Part shown: piece by piece, positions 9,033 through 20,037 of the stretch
Numbering within the stretch: position 1 is the first letter of the stretch
Layout of the letters: the number at the start of each line of letters is the position of its first letter
NCBI GenBank assembly: GCA_050012255.1
Contig: JBEKHN010000001.1
Location: 192,001 to 256,000, forward strand
Reading direction: 5' to 3'
DNA: 64,000 nt
From: Candidatus Bathyarchaeia archaeon
Lineage (GTDB): Archaea; Thermoproteota; Bathyarchaeia; Bathyarchaeales; Bathycorpusculaceae
The notes under the pieces: generated by a model
Databases searched by the model: none
What the model was told of the DNA's origin: nothing
Seen by the model: only the letters and a program-made list of their open reading frames with translations
Translations under genes and position numbers: made by a program

Positions 9033-11720
9033 TCAGGTGACGCCCTCTTGCCCCGGGGTCAGATCCTGCCCTGAGCTCTCAGGTGGACTCTCGGGACTCT
9101 TGGGTTCTTCTTGTGCACGTGCAGCTGCTCTCCTGCGCCTGACCATCACAACCGACAGCAACGCACCTGCCGCTGCAACCAGCGTTGAAGCTAGGATGGC
9201 GTACTGCGGTATCGTCCAGTTTCCACGCTCAACCTTCAAACTGGAAACGTCACTCTCAACCTGTCCGATTCCTTGAATTATGATGGTCGCCTTCCCATCC
9301 CTGATTGAAGTCACTGTTCCGTTAACAATGCCCAGAACAGTTTCCATGGTTGCTGTCGTCCCGTTTATCGCCGTGACTTTGAACCCTATCGTTTCCAAGT
9401 CAGACTGAATCGTTCCTAAAGAGGAGTTCAGCGTTACAACGTCTCCCTCAATGCGCGCTAAGGTCACGTTAAGCGCGTCAAGGCGCACGTTCACTAAGCC
9501 CAAATCTGTCCGTATCGTTCCAACACTCTCGTTAACGCTGACGAGCAGGGCGTTCCAGCCTGAGAAGGTTGGGCTCACCAAGAATGATTTGAACGCCGTT
9601 CCCACAGATTGAACCACGCTTGATGAGTAGCCCGCGGTGATAACCAACGCGTAAGAGCCTGTCTCAGCATCGGCGGGCAACGTGTAGGAAACTTTGCAAA
9701 GCCCCTCTGCAACGGGTTGAACCGTCAATGTTTGGTTCGAACCGTCAGGCTTGTACAGCAAGGCGCTTGTAACCGTCGCGTTGGCTGCGGACCCATTGAA
9801 AGCCGTATAAACATGAAACGTGACAACCTCGCCCCTGAATTGAAGCGCGCCAACATCTACCTGAACGTTCAACGGAGTAACATCGACTACGGTGAAGTTG
9901 GTTTCAGAAAAAACGTTAGCATCAAAAGCCTTGACGACCCACGTTTCAGCCGTCGAAAATGGCACGTTGAACGTGAACGTGAAATCGCCAAGAGCATCTG
10001 TGGCCGCATAGCCCAGAAACATGTCGTTAAACGTGATTTCCACTACGCTATTGGGAGTAAACTGCACGCCCGTCACCGTTACGCCCGTTCCCACGGGCCC
10101 TCTTGAAGGACTTAAGGTAACTAAGAACTGCACGTTGACCTGGACTGATATTACATTGTCGCTGACAATGGTTTCACCACTGACTGGCCAAACGTACAAG
10201 GTCACATTGTATGACCCACTTTCAAGAGGATTCCACAGAAACGTGACTGGCGTAGCCAACGAATCACCTGCCAAAGCTTGAACGGACGTTGAATCAACAA
10301 CGCTCCCATCCACCATAAGGCTTACATTAACGTTACTTTCGCTGCTTGATCCAAAATTAAGAACGGTCACGTTGATCGGAACCGTATCTCCAGGCTGAAC
10401 AAGCCTCGGCATATCATATCTATACAGGAACAGATCATGCTGCAACGGTTGCTGTTCAACGGCTTTCCGCGCGTTAACTCTCCCAGCACCGTAAACCACG
10501 TCGAAGCCAGAGTCTCCCAAATCGTCAGAGGTGAAGCTTAGTTGGCCCCTGACCCAGTCTCTCGCCGCGTTGGGAAACCTGCTCCAGATCAGGGCGGCCA
10601 CGCCTGCGGCATGAGGACAGGCCATTGAGGTCCCGCTGAGGTAACCGTAATTCATGCCAAGGCTGGCTGGCGGGTCATTCAGGGTGACATGATAGGCGGG
10701 CGTTGTCGAGAGAATATCGACTCCTGGCGCTGAAACCCCAATCCAGCTTCCCCCGTTTGAGAACGCCGCCTTCGCATCTGACTTGTCTGTGGCAGCAACT
10801 GCCACAACCTCATCGTAGGCCGCGGGGTAAAACTTCGCATCAGTGTTATCGTTGCCGGCGGCAGCGAGGACCAGGACGCCTTGCTGGGACGCGTTCAGGA
10901 TTGCATCATGGATGAGCAGACTGTCGAAGTCACCGCCCCAGCTGTTACTCAATATGCGCGCACCCTGATTCACAGCGTGCATGATGGCCTGGGCCAGATC
11001 AGCCTCAAGACCAAAGCCTGTGGCGTTGAGGGCTTTCTCAACCATGATGCTTACTTGGGCAATCCCTGCGATGCCAACCGCATTGTTTAGCACTGCAGCT
11101 ATTATTCCGGCAACATGCGTCCCATGCCCGTTATCGTCAAGAGTAACATTGTTGTTGTTGACCCAGTTGTAGCCGAGAGGAACATAGTTGCTCTTGAGGT
11201 CAGGATGGTTATAATCAATGCCAGTATCGATGACAGCCACGATTACAGACGAGTTTCCTTTGGTCGTGTTCCAAGCCCAGTCAGCCTGAATCTTCCGGAG
11301 AGCCCACTGATTACCGCATAATGGGTCGTTTGGAACAAACTGTGCCTTAAACACCATGTCGGGTTCCACGTATCTGGCCAGCCCCGTCCCTTGAGCCTCA
11401 TTGATGAGAAGTGACAAGTTGCTGGAGGGCACGTCAACAACCATCGCGATAGCCTGACCTTTAATAGGAACCTTGCTGACACTTTTTCCTCCCGATCTCA
11501 GAACAAGATTTGTCAAATCGTCATAAGCCCGTGGGCTGGTCTGGTTCACACCGATAACCAATCGACATGGATCACCATTGAACGAGGTAAGGAAACTCTC
11601 TCCCTTAGATACAGCTGAGCTTGAATTCTGAACAATGGCAGCGCCAACGCCCAAGACGACACCGTTAACGCTTACCACAACCATCAGCGTTAGGACAAAT
11701 GCCGCAAAACGTTTCAACAT
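9033..11720 (-). CDS. Membrane-anchored S8 (subtilisin-like) serine protease with CARDB/Ig-like domains
   Basis: Signal peptide, VAVIDTGID, HGTHVAG, GTSMACPHAAG, and a C-terminal TM followed by RRRR. Confidence 0.93.
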   Translation of the reverse strand: MLKRFAAFVLTLMVVVSVNGVVLGVGAAIVQNSSSAVSKGESFLTSFNGDPCRLVIGVNQTSPRAYDDLTNLVLRSGGKSVSKVPIKGQAIAMVVDVPSSNLSLLINEAQGTGLARYVEPDMVFKAQFVPNDPLCGNQWALRKIQADWAWNTTKGNSSVIVAVIDTGIDYNHPDLKSNYVPLGYNWVNNNNVTLDDNGHGTHVAGIIAAVLNNAVGIAGIAQVSIMVEKALNATGFGLEADLAQAIMHAVNQGARILSNSWGGDFDSLLIHDAILNASQQGVLVLAAAGNDNTDAKFYPAAYDEVVAVAATDKSDAKAAFSNGGSWIGVSAPGVDILSTTPAYHVTLNDPPASLGMNYGYLSGTSMACPHAAGVAALIWSRFPNAARDWVRGQLSFTSDDLGDSGFDVVYGAGRVNARKAVEQQPLQHDLFLYRYDMPRLVQPGDTVPINVTVLNFGSSSESNVNVSLMVDGSVVDSTSVQALAGDSLATPVTFLWNPLESGSYNVTLYVWPVSGETIVSDNVISVQVNVQFLVTLSPSRGPVGTGVTVTGVQFTPNSVVEITFNDMFLGYAATDALGDFTFTFNVPFSTAETWVVKAFDANVFSETNFTVVDVTPLNVQVDVGALQFRGEVVTFHVYTAFNGSAANATVTSALLYKPDGSNQTLTVQPVAEGLCKVSYTLPADAETGSYALVITAGYSSSVVQSVGTAFKSFLVSPTFSGWNALLVSVNESVGTIRTDLGLVNVRLDALNVTLARIEGDVVTLNSSLGTIQSDLETIGFKVTAINGTTATMETVLGIVNGTVTSIRDGKATIIIQGIGQVESDVSSLKVERGNWTIPQYAILASTLVAAAGALLSVVMVRRRRAAARAQEEPKSPESPPESSGQDLTPGQEGVT

Positions 11721-12086
11721 AGCCTTTCACAATTCCGTCACTAGACACTTCTTCGAAAATACTGTGAGTTATGGGATATAAGACTTAAGACCTTGTTGAC
11801 AGATGTTTGACCCGCAGCACTCGAGCAACGAGAACAGCTTTCCATCCTTTCATTGTACCTTCACAAAGGGGATGCCGCACGCTCACGTTAACATTGCCAG
11901 GTTGTCCACACGTGGCGCGACTGTTTTCTGAGTTTTGTTCCGAGAAAATGGATTTTAAGGCGCGCGCAGGCAGCGAGTCAAGGATTAAAGGTCAAACCGC
12001 ATTCTCTCAAGCGCGCAGTTGCGCCTCCAGTTGCGACTAATTTAAATAGCACCTACTCCTAAACGCCTAGGCAAGAGGTTAAGAAA

Positions 12087-12314
12087 TTGAACAGCAAAAC
12101 TATAGGTCTAGGCCTCGGTGCTCTACTGATCATCATTGCTCTAATACTCGGCGCGGTCCGCTATTCTGGTGCTTACGACTTCGGGGTAGCCTACGGTTCA
12201 GGCATGGGTTGGTACTTCTACGGTTTAGCCGGGGTCATCGGCTTGGTTGGCATCATAATAGCCGCATGGGTCCTGATGAAAAAGGAAACACCAAAGGCAA
12301 CAACAACCAAGTAG
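12087..12314 (+). CDS. Small two-TM membrane protein
   Basis: Two hydrophobic helices, basic tail, upstream TTTAAATA box and GAGG. Confidence 0.65.
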   Translation: MNSKTIGLGLGALLIIIALILGAVRYSGAYDFGVAYGSGMGWYFYGLAGVIGLVGIIIAAWVLMKKETPKATTTK

Positions 12315-12545
12315 CTCCTAATAGGTTGACACACATCCTGTCGAAGTAGAAATGTGAATATGAGAACTAGATGAGACCCTCACACTAGTACTAGCGCATC
12401 CTTGAGAAGAATGAGCGCCTGTATGTTGCATCTTTACGTGCTTGGGCGTTTCAAATTCTACGAGCACTTCCACGATCCTGGGCTGACAACTTAGAACGGT
12501 TCTGATTTTGGTCTGCTGACCAAATCAAGTAAGCATCTTTTCTGA

Positions 12546-13562
12546 CTATTTCATAGCGGATGATATGTATTTTAGAACAACTGCAACAGCTCCGTAAACA
12601 CCGACATTTTCGCCCAGAGGGGTAACCATTATCTTCGGAACCCTGTTTATCGCGTAGTCTTTAACGTATTTTTTGATTGGAGAGAGGATCATTTTCTTGT
12701 TCCTCAATGTAACAGTGCCGCCTACCGTGATCAGAGACGGGTCGTAGGCGTTTATCACGCTCGCGAAGCCCATTGCGTTCAGAACTCCGATTTCGTTGAC
12801 GAGTTTGACAGACAGGCTGTCGCCTTTTTTTGCACAGGTGAACAGGTCAGCTGCAACCAACCTCGACAGGTCGCCTTCTACTGTCTTGAACAGCAAACTT
12901 TCCTTCACCGTTTTTGCATGCATTTCTTTGAGTCTCATTCTGACATAGTTCGGAATGTTTCTCCCAGAGCAGTAAGCTTCCCAGTGGCCACGTCTTCCGC
13001 AGCCGCATGTCAGCCTGCCCTGATAGTCTATGACGAAATGACCGACTTCATGGGCGTTCCCATCTTTTCCCAACAGCAAAGTGTCGTTAACAATCGCTCC
13101 GCAGCCTAAGCCGGTGCTTATGGTTATGTAGGCGCAGTTGTCCAGCCCTTTTGCGGCGCCGAACATTTTTTCGCCGAGAACCGCCCCGACGCAATCGTTG
13201 ATCAAACATGCTGGTATGCCCAGCTTTTCTGTAATGGGCTTCGTGATGGGTACACGGTCAAACGGCAGGTTCGGGGGTTTGAAGAGCACGCCCTCTTCTT
13301 GGATCAGAGGGCCCGCTGACACGATCCCTACCCCCTGTAAGGATTTGACGTCAAAGCCATGTTTAGCGCATAAGAAACGGGTAAGCTTGACTATCTGGTC
13401 GGTGATCGCCTCGGCGTTTCTCGTGTCAACCTCTTCGCTTCTCTTCTCAATGAAGTTGCCCTTTTCGTCTGAGAGCACAACTCTTACGCGGGTACCTCCT
13501 AAGTCTACCCCTATCAGGCGTGCACCCACAGTCAAGCCTTTCACTGGCGATACACTCTCCAA
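12546..13562 (-). CDS. ROK family sugar kinase (glucokinase-like)
   Basis: GVDLGGT, ND, STGLGCG, EVGH, CGCGRRGHWEAY. Confidence 0.93.
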   Translation of the reverse strand: MESVSPVKGLTVGARLIGVDLGGTRVRVVLSDEKGNFIEKRSEEVDTRNAEAITDQIVKLTRFLCAKHGFDVKSLQGVGIVSAGPLIQEEGVLFKPPNLPFDRVPITKPITEKLGIPACLINDCVGAVLGEKMFGAAKGLDNCAYITISTGLGCGAIVNDTLLLGKDGNAHEVGHFVIDYQGRLTCGCGRRGHWEAYCSGRNIPNYVRMRLKEMHAKTVKESLLFKTVEGDLSRLVAADLFTCAKKGDSLSVKLVNEIGVLNAMGFASVINAYDPSLITVGGTVTLRNKKMILSPIKKYVKDYAINRVPKIMVTPLGENVGVYGAVAVVLKYISSAMK

Positions 13563-13704
13563 GTCGCAACGTTCAATATTCTCATTCCCACAAGTAACTC
13601 TGCAGAATCGAGATATTGCTTTTTTGGAGTAGCTACGGATTAAGTTCCGCTGCTCGTCTCTTGAGGTCCTTCAGCTTGTCCTTTTTCTGAGAACACAAAT
13701 GTCG

Positions 13705-14220
13705 TTAAGTGGCTCTGTGAATGCTTCTGTTTCCCGGTCTTTTCGGGCAGTTGACGTTTACGGCCTTCGCGAGCCGCCTGAAGTCGTCGTCAGACATCCA
13801 CTCGGTCTTCAAGTACGCACAGATTCTCTTGTCACTCAGCCCCAGTCTTCTTGCCTCCTCAACTGCACATCGGTAGGCCTCAACCTCTGTCGGCCTTTCT
13901 GTGTAGGAGTAGTTGTGGTCGAAAAGCTCCTTCCCTTCCGCAAACTGCTTGACGTGAACTAACTCATGGATTATGTCGAGGTATATTTCGACCCTGTTGC
14001 CTCTGCATAAATAGTCTGCGCTGGCTATGAGGTGCCCATCGACCTCGCTGACGCCCATGTAGCCTCTTCGCCCAATGAACTCAACCCTCAGATTTGACAG
14101 AACCTCACCCGTCTTTTTGCCAAAGATCCTTTTCACGGCCTCAACCTTCTCGAAACCGCTGAAGTAATCTTTGAACGGGTAGGTTGATACTGGAGCCTTG
14201 CGGACAATTCTCACGTGCAA
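13705..14220 (-). CDS. Hypothetical protein with HExxH zincin-like motif
   Basis: IIHELVHVKQ...PTEVEAY. Confidence 0.7.
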   Translation of the reverse strand: MHVRIVRKAPVSTYPFKDYFSGFEKVEAVKRIFGKKTGEVLSNLRVEFIGRRGYMGVSEVDGHLIASADYLCRGNRVEIYLDIIHELVHVKQFAEGKELFDHNYSYTERPTEVEAYRCAVEEARRLGLSDKRICAYLKTEWMSDDDFRRLAKAVNVNCPKRPGNRSIHRAT

Positions 14221-14324
14221 GCATGGCGTTACCGTTGCGTGTCCTTCCTGTGGTCTTCATCATGAACAGAGTGTGTTAGTAAACTTTATCCTCTCGTATA
14301 AGTCTTGAGAATCGTCAATCCATC

Positions 14325-15185
14325 GTGAAGAGGGCTGAGCGTATGGTGTTTCACATAAGGAACATGTCAAGGGCAGATTTCGAGTTCGCCGTCCGCATCA
14401 CCGGCGTGATGGGCTGGGGGTTGGTGGAGCAAGACTTTGAATTCATGATGGAGTTGGAACCAGAGGGGTGTTTTGTGCTTCTTGACGGCTCGGACAGGGT
14501 GGGAATCGCGACTACCGTGAGCTTTGGCAAGGTCGGCTGGTTCGGAAACCTCATCGTTGATGAGCGCAAAAGGCATAGGGGTGCAGGAACACTGCTGGTC
14601 AAGCACGCTCTTAGGTACTTGACAGAAAAAACCGTTGAGACCGTCGGCTTGTACGCGTACATCGAGAAAATCCCGTTCTACAGGAGGCTCAGGTTTGAAT
14701 GCGACTCTGAGTTCATAGTCTTGAAGGGGAAGGGCTTTTCTTCGCCAGTCAGGGCTAATGTGAGGAAAGGTGGAAAACAAGAACTGGCGGAAGTCATCGC
14801 CTTTGACCAGTCTTGTTTCGGCGCATCCCGCAGAAAGATGCTTGAACCGATTCTCATGGACCGTGACAATCTAAGCTTCGTCTCTATCGAAGATGGGCAG
14901 ATCTTGGGGTTCGCGGCTGCAAAAGTGTACAGGGGATTAGCTGAATTGGGGCCCCTGGTGTGTAAGAGGGGACAGGCCAAAACGGCAGTCGATCTGTTGA
15001 GAGCCATTTTAAGCGCGCTTGAGGGTCTCGAAGCCTCTGTGTTTGTTCCGAAAAGGGAAAAGCGGATTGTTTCCATGTTGCTGGAATCTGGCTTTCATGA
15101 AAGCTTCCGCGTTGAAAGGATGTTCCATGGTCCATCGGTCACTGGAGATTGCGTCTACATGGCCGAATCTTTGGAGAGAGGGTGA
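14325..15185 (+). CDS. Tandem GNAT family acetyltransferase
   Basis: V...RHRGAGTLL acetyl-CoA motif, FYRRL, second GNAT-like half with LGPL. Confidence 0.88.
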   Translation: MKRAERMVFHIRNMSRADFEFAVRITGVMGWGLVEQDFEFMMELEPEGCFVLLDGSDRVGIATTVSFGKVGWFGNLIVDERKRHRGAGTLLVKHALRYLTEKTVETVGLYAYIEKIPFYRRLRFECDSEFIVLKGKGFSSPVRANVRKGGKQELAEVIAFDQSCFGASRRKMLEPILMDRDNLSFVSIEDGQILGFAAAKVYRGLAELGPLVCKRGQAKTAVDLLRAILSALEGLEASVFVPKREKRIVSMLLESGFHESFRVERMFHGPSVTGDCVYMAESLERG

Positions 15186-15192
15186 TTATGAG

Positions 15193-16569
15193 TTGTCGTC
15201 CAACCTGTGCAGAATAATCGTTGAAGACTTTCTGAAGAGTTCATGGCCTTGTGTCGAAGCCCTGGTGCGAGAACTCGGCACGTTCAAAGATGATAGAAGA
15301 AAACCCGTCACCCTGTATTACCTCAAGAACGGGCAGAGAAACGACGTCACGCTTGACAGCTCACACTTCTTCCTAAGATGCTCAGTTGAGTACTCAAACC
15401 CGCAGCTCACGGTTGAAGAGGTTCAGGGAATCATAGCCACACGTCTGCTTGAGGTCTGCGGCAACTACTTTCACCAGCGTGGGTTGCATGAGCCGACCAT
15501 GCAGGACACGGAAGAAATATGCGCATTATTGAAAAAGCCTCCTGACGGAGTTGTCGTCTCTTTCCTGCTGAACACCGACGATATCGAGGCGGACAGGTAC
15601 TCGATGAACCCGCTCAAAGAGTCGATAGTAAACAGCGGGCAAAGCGCCTTTCCGGCCGCTGCTGTGAAGACGGAGAAGCTTGAGATAGACCAGCAGTTCG
15701 CACATAAGTATGAAGGGTCACTTTTCTGCAAGGGCGAAGTTGAAAGGATAGACCGCCACCTCAAGTCTTGCAACAACAGCTACGTGAACATGATAGACGC
15801 TGTAAAATATGAACACTTAGAAAAGCTGTCAGAGGCTTTCGGCATCGACCTACTTCTTTACTCGATGCGGTTGCCATTAAGTGTTCTGGAAAAAGAGTCA
15901 TCAGACGGCTTGCTGCACTACATCATAAGAGAGGCTCACAAGGACTATCCGTCGGTTGAGCTAGTTTACAGATGCATGGGCAGAAGCATGAAGAACCTGA
16001 CTACACTTTTGACGGTTCCACATTCGCCGAAGGGCTATGGGTCAAAACGTGCCGTGAGAGGGAGGATCTACTTCGACGGGACTAAGCTTAAAAGCGTCAA
16101 AGTTGATTATCGAACGACACTGCTTTACCCGAATGCGATCGACCCTTCTGACATCAGCCTAGCAAAAGCTGATGACAGTTTCACGGTGGAAGGTGAAAAG
16201 TTGGTGAATTACAACTTCAAGGAAACGCCGTCTTCACCCCAGTTCTTCCTGTACTCTCTGACGTCACCGGAAAACGCTGTTCTGTGGCACGGCATCGGAG
16301 CCTTCGGCGCTTCAGAGTTGTTGAAGAGCTATACTACGACGCGACTGGCATGCTCAACGGGCTCCTTGTTCAAGGATCTGAACGGAAAATACGGCGTTAC
16401 AGTCAGGATTCCCCTACAGTTCAACCTCGTGCCAAAGAACATGTGGTTCCATCCTTTACACCGCAACATTGACGCAAGCGTCGGATGCGTTGGAAACTTG
16501 AAAGACCTGGCTGACCTAGGAATGAAGATGGAGCATCTTCCAACAGAACAATATATTCGGAAAGAATAA
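15193..16569 (+). CDS. Hypothetical protein (~458 aa)
   Basis: Long ORF between the GNAT and MBL genes. Likely TTG start at 15193, just after the GNAT stop. No family recognised. Confidence 0.75.
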   Translation: MSSNLCRIIVEDFLKSSWPCVEALVRELGTFKDDRRKPVTLYYLKNGQRNDVTLDSSHFFLRCSVEYSNPQLTVEEVQGIIATRLLEVCGNYFHQRGLHEPTMQDTEEICALLKKPPDGVVVSFLLNTDDIEADRYSMNPLKESIVNSGQSAFPAAAVKTEKLEIDQQFAHKYEGSLFCKGEVERIDRHLKSCNNSYVNMIDAVKYEHLEKLSEAFGIDLLLYSMRLPLSVLEKESSDGLLHYIIREAHKDYPSVELVYRCMGRSMKNLTTLLTVPHSPKGYGSKRAVRGRIYFDGTKLKSVKVDYRTTLLYPNAIDPSDISLAKADDSFTVEGEKLVNYNFKETPSSPQFFLYSLTSPENAVLWHGIGAFGASELLKSYTTTRLACSTGSLFKDLNGKYGVTVRIPLQFNLVPKNMWFHPLHRNIDASVGCVGNLKDLADLGMKMEHLPTEQYIRKE

Positions 16570-16575
16570 TATAGC

Positions 16576-17202
16576 ATGATGGTGTATACCATGTTTTTCA
16601 AACAGATCAAATACCGAGGCGACAACTTCTCCTACGTCATCGCAGATGAGAACAGCAGAGAAGCCGCGGTCGTTGACCCCAGTTACAACGTCGACGCAAT
16701 AAGCCTTTTGTTGCACGGCCAAAACCTGACGGCTAAGTATGTCATAAACACGCACAGTCACGGGGACCACACTGCGGGCAATGAAGACATCAGGTCAGCC
16801 TTCGGCGCAAAAATCGTCGCCCACAAGCTCTCAAAAGCCAGGAAGGACACAGCAGTGGTTGAAGGCGACATTTTGAAGCTTGGCAAAGTCTTAATCAAGG
16901 TCGTTCACACTCCAGGACACAGCTCAGATAGCATATGCTTACTGGTCGATGGCAAAGTACTCACCGGTGACACTCTCTTCGTAGGCGAGTGCGGAAGGAC
17001 AGATTTGGTCGATGGAAGTTCTGAGGACATGTACCACAGCCTCTTTGACAAGCTGATGAAACTTGACGACAACGTCGAAGTCTATCCGGGCCACGACTAC
17101 GGACCGAAGCCCAACTCAACAATCTGTGAAGAAAGGCGGTCGAACTACACACTTCAAAAGCGTACCCTCGAAGAATTTGTCGCTTTCATGGGACAGCCAT
17201 AG
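16576..17202 (+). CDS. MBL-fold metallo-hydrolase (glyoxalase II/ETHE1-like)
   Basis: THSHGDH, TPGH, TGDTLF, YPGHDY. Confidence 0.93.
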   Translation: MMVYTMFFKQIKYRGDNFSYVIADENSREAAVVDPSYNVDAISLLLHGQNLTAKYVINTHSHGDHTAGNEDIRSAFGAKIVAHKLSKARKDTAVVEGDILKLGKVLIKVVHTPGHSSDSICLLVDGKVLTGDTLFVGECGRTDLVDGSSEDMYHSLFDKLMKLDDNVEVYPGHDYGPKPNSTICEERRSNYTLQKRTLEEFVAFMGQP

Positions 17203-17301
17203 ATTCCCGACCGCTCCGGCTGTGCCTGTCTAACGGTCAACTTTATTATGAACATGTTGGTAAGAGACTGAAACGTGTACGCGGCTGAAAGAGGAACAGG
17301 A

Positions 17302-18735
17302 ATGTCCAACAAAGCTGTTTCCTTCTCGATTGACATGGAAATTCCCGAAAGCTACATGGGAAACTTGTTGGACTTCATTTATCAAAAATACCTCATGCCC
17401 CATGAACAAAGGTTTGCCAACATCTCAAGAGTCACGGTCGGCGGCCGTTCTTCCCTCACCTTCACAACTCTGGATCAGTCTGGAACACGTGTTCTAGAAG
17501 TGGCGGTCAAGGGTGGGAAGCCGATTGACGTAAACATGACGCCGTTAAGTGAAAACGTCCCGGAAGAAACGATAACCCAAGTTAGGCAGGACCTCGTGAT
17601 CGCAGTTCAATCATTTGAAGAAAAGGTTAGAGAGGGCACACTCTTCTTTGCGTGGCGAGAAGGTGAGAGGATTGTGCCAGAAAAGATTTCTGGCAAAGAA
17701 AAGAAACCGTTGAACCGCATTTTTCTCGAGACGCAAGTTTTCCTCGTCGTCATATTCATCACGCTAGGCTTGTTCCTGTTCTTCCTTATCGGCCCGTACA
17801 CGCCGATTGTCCTGCTGACGTTTCAGTTCATCTTCGTCGTGTATTCACCAAAGATTATTGAAAGAATATCAGACTGGCGAATCACCGAAGAGAACCCGAC
17901 CATACATATTCTTGAATACAGCCTGCCGATTGAAGGACAGGACGATTTCAGGCAGAAGTACCCTCCTGAAAAAGTTGCCGAAATGAAGAAAGAGATCTAT
18001 CAAGAGACAATCGCCAAGAACGGGGAAATCAACTGCGAGACGACTGGGCAGATTTTTAGAAAGTATGGGCTTGAGTGCAGCCCAGAGAATCTGTCTTCAA
18101 CAAAGGTGAACGTTTACGAACTAGTGAAAAAGGTAGCAGACAAATTCCATTTTAAAGTGCCCAAGATCGTGGTGTCCAACACTTTGGCTCCTAACGCAGC
18201 TGCCTCTGGCCCAAGCCCAAGCCGAGGAGTAGTTTTGATTACTACGGGGGCTCTCGTGCAACTTGAGGAAGACGAGCTTCTCAGCATCTTGGGACACGAG
18301 TTTGGACACCTAAAGGGACGTGATCCCTTCTGGCTCTACGGACTATCTGCTGTCCAATACCTTCTATGGTTCTACGTGATCTTCGGATTCTTTCCCACAA
18401 GCTCCTTTGTTCTTCTCCTCATATATTTCTGGGTGCTGTCAACGATCACGTATTTCATCGCCAAATTCTTCGAAGCAAGGGCAGACTTAACGTCAGCGAT
18501 CGTGATGGGACAACCCAACATTCTGGCCAACGCCCTAGAAGAAATAGGGTTCAAAAGACTTCTCTATGAGCGGATCCCCTCGTATCGCGTTCAAGAATGG
18601 GTAAGCTTTGATCCACATCCGCCTATCTACTTCAGAGTCGAAAGACTGAGAAAGTTTGGAGCTCTAACAGAAGTAAAACACCCACTTCTTCAATCCGCGA
18701 GGGACGTTACCAGAGGCTTCCTGAACAGCTTATAG
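17302..18735 (+). CDS. M48 (HtpX-like) membrane metalloprotease with long N-terminal extension
   Basis: PNAAASG, LGHEFGH, EARAD, HPP..R. Confidence 0.88.
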   Translation: MSNKAVSFSIDMEIPESYMGNLLDFIYQKYLMPHEQRFANISRVTVGGRSSLTFTTLDQSGTRVLEVAVKGGKPIDVNMTPLSENVPEETITQVRQDLVIAVQSFEEKVREGTLFFAWREGERIVPEKISGKEKKPLNRIFLETQVFLVVIFITLGLFLFFLIGPYTPIVLLTFQFIFVVYSPKIIERISDWRITEENPTIHILEYSLPIEGQDDFRQKYPPEKVAEMKKEIYQETIAKNGEINCETTGQIFRKYGLECSPENLSSTKVNVYELVKKVADKFHFKVPKIVVSNTLAPNAAASGPSPSRGVVLITTGALVQLEEDELLSILGHEFGHLKGRDPFWLYGLSAVQYLLWFYVIFGFFPTSSFVLLLIYFWVLSTITYFIAKFFEARADLTSAIVMGQPNILANALEEIGFKRLLYERIPSYRVQEWVSFDPHPPIYFRVERLRKFGALTEVKHPLLQSARDVTRGFLNSL

Positions 18736-18775
18736 ACTCACTGGGTGTGCTTGCTTAAACGGCGCAGCTGCCCAT

Positions 18776-19093
18776 TCAAACGTCGATTAAGACTTGGTCT
18801 TCTTCTATCCTTACTCTATATGCAGGTTCAGATTTTTGTGCAGGTCCTTTCACCACGGCTCCCGTTAGAACGTTGAAAGCTGAACCGTGACACGGACACG
18901 TTACGTTCTCTCCCCTCAGCGTGCCGTCTGAAAGCAAGCAGCCCATGTGTGTGCAACGATTGCCAATCGCGTAGTACTTGCCTCCTATGTTGGCAACGCA
19001 GATCTCTTTTCCTGCCGCGCCGGCATCGATCATTTCACCTGGTTTCAGGTCCTTTGTCGAAGCTACTTTCACAAACCCCATCCGTGAATTCAC
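18776..19093 (-). CDS. Rieske [2Fe-2S] ferredoxin
   Basis: CTH...CPCHGSAF. Confidence 0.92.
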   Translation of the reverse strand: MNSRMGFVKVASTKDLKPGEMIDAGAAGKEICVANIGGKYYAIGNRCTHMGCLLSDGTLRGENVTCPCHGSAFNVLTGAVVKGPAQKSEPAYRVRIEEDQVLIDV

Positions 19094-19407
19094 CTCTCTC
19101 AGTCAGCTATTATCAGTCGAGTTAGAACATAAGAGATTTGTCATTGTGTTGTGTCCACGAATTTCACAGGAAAAACTAAATTCAGATTATAAACGAGTAA
19201 ATGTGTGGTTACACGGATGGTGGAGCAACCAATTTTGATCATTGACAGCCCTTGAGCAGATTTTGTCTAGAGGAATCGAATAGAAGTTTGTTTTCATCGC
19301 GTTTATAAAGGAGAGTTGCCAATTATTAGGGCGCGGTAGCGTTCTGTTGAGAACATGAGACAGAGACACAACGCAACACACAATTAAAAACAAAAGGAGT
19401 GAAAAAA

Positions 19408-19695
19408 ATGTCGGAGAGTTCGAAGATTGTTTTCATTGGCAGGAAACCAGCAATGAGCTACGTCCTGGCGATCATTACCAGCCTATCGGCATCCAACGGC
19501 AAAGAGATAACACTGAAGGCAAGAGGACAAGCAATCACGACAGCGGTTGACGTTGCTGAGATAACGAGAAGCCGCTTCCTCAAGGACCTGAAGGTTTCAA
19601 AGATCGCCATAGGTACAGAGCAGATGCCCGCCAGGGAAGGCGAAAGCGGTGCAAGAGCGGTTTCTACAATGGAAATAACGCTGGCAAAGGATTAG
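19408..19695 (+). CDS. albA: DNA/RNA-binding protein Alba
   Basis: VFIGRKPAMSYVLA, LKARGQAITTAVDVAE, VSTMEITL. Confidence 0.92.
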   Translation: MSESSKIVFIGRKPAMSYVLAIITSLSASNGKEITLKARGQAITTAVDVAEITRSRFLKDLKVSKIAIGTEQMPAREGESGARAVSTMEITLAKD

Positions 19696-20037
19696 AAACA
19701 GAAATCCTAAAAAAACCAAGTACCCATTTGGCGAGTACCTCGCCTTTTCTTTCTTTGTATGACTTCTGTTGCACGTGAATTGGCACACGTTGTGGTCTGC
19801 GCATCATACGGGGCGATAAACCTCAGAACTTCTGTAAGACTAATTATCACTTCAACGTCAAACTGCGCTGGCTAGGCAGCCATGACACAAGTCGGCTTTT
19901 GAGCCTATGTAATTTTCAACCCGAACATGACGCCTTGATCGCCTTCTTCTTTTTTTGCAACGTTGGCTTTGTCCTCGTCAAAGACGGAAAGACAGATATT
20001 CCAGTCTTGAGATTCGAATGGTAGGGGAGAAGGGCGG

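Noticed and set aside
3942-12500. Integrated element using tRNA-Leu as attachment site
   Set aside because: Accessory genes follow the tRNA, but I found no duplicated tRNA 3' end and no integrase.
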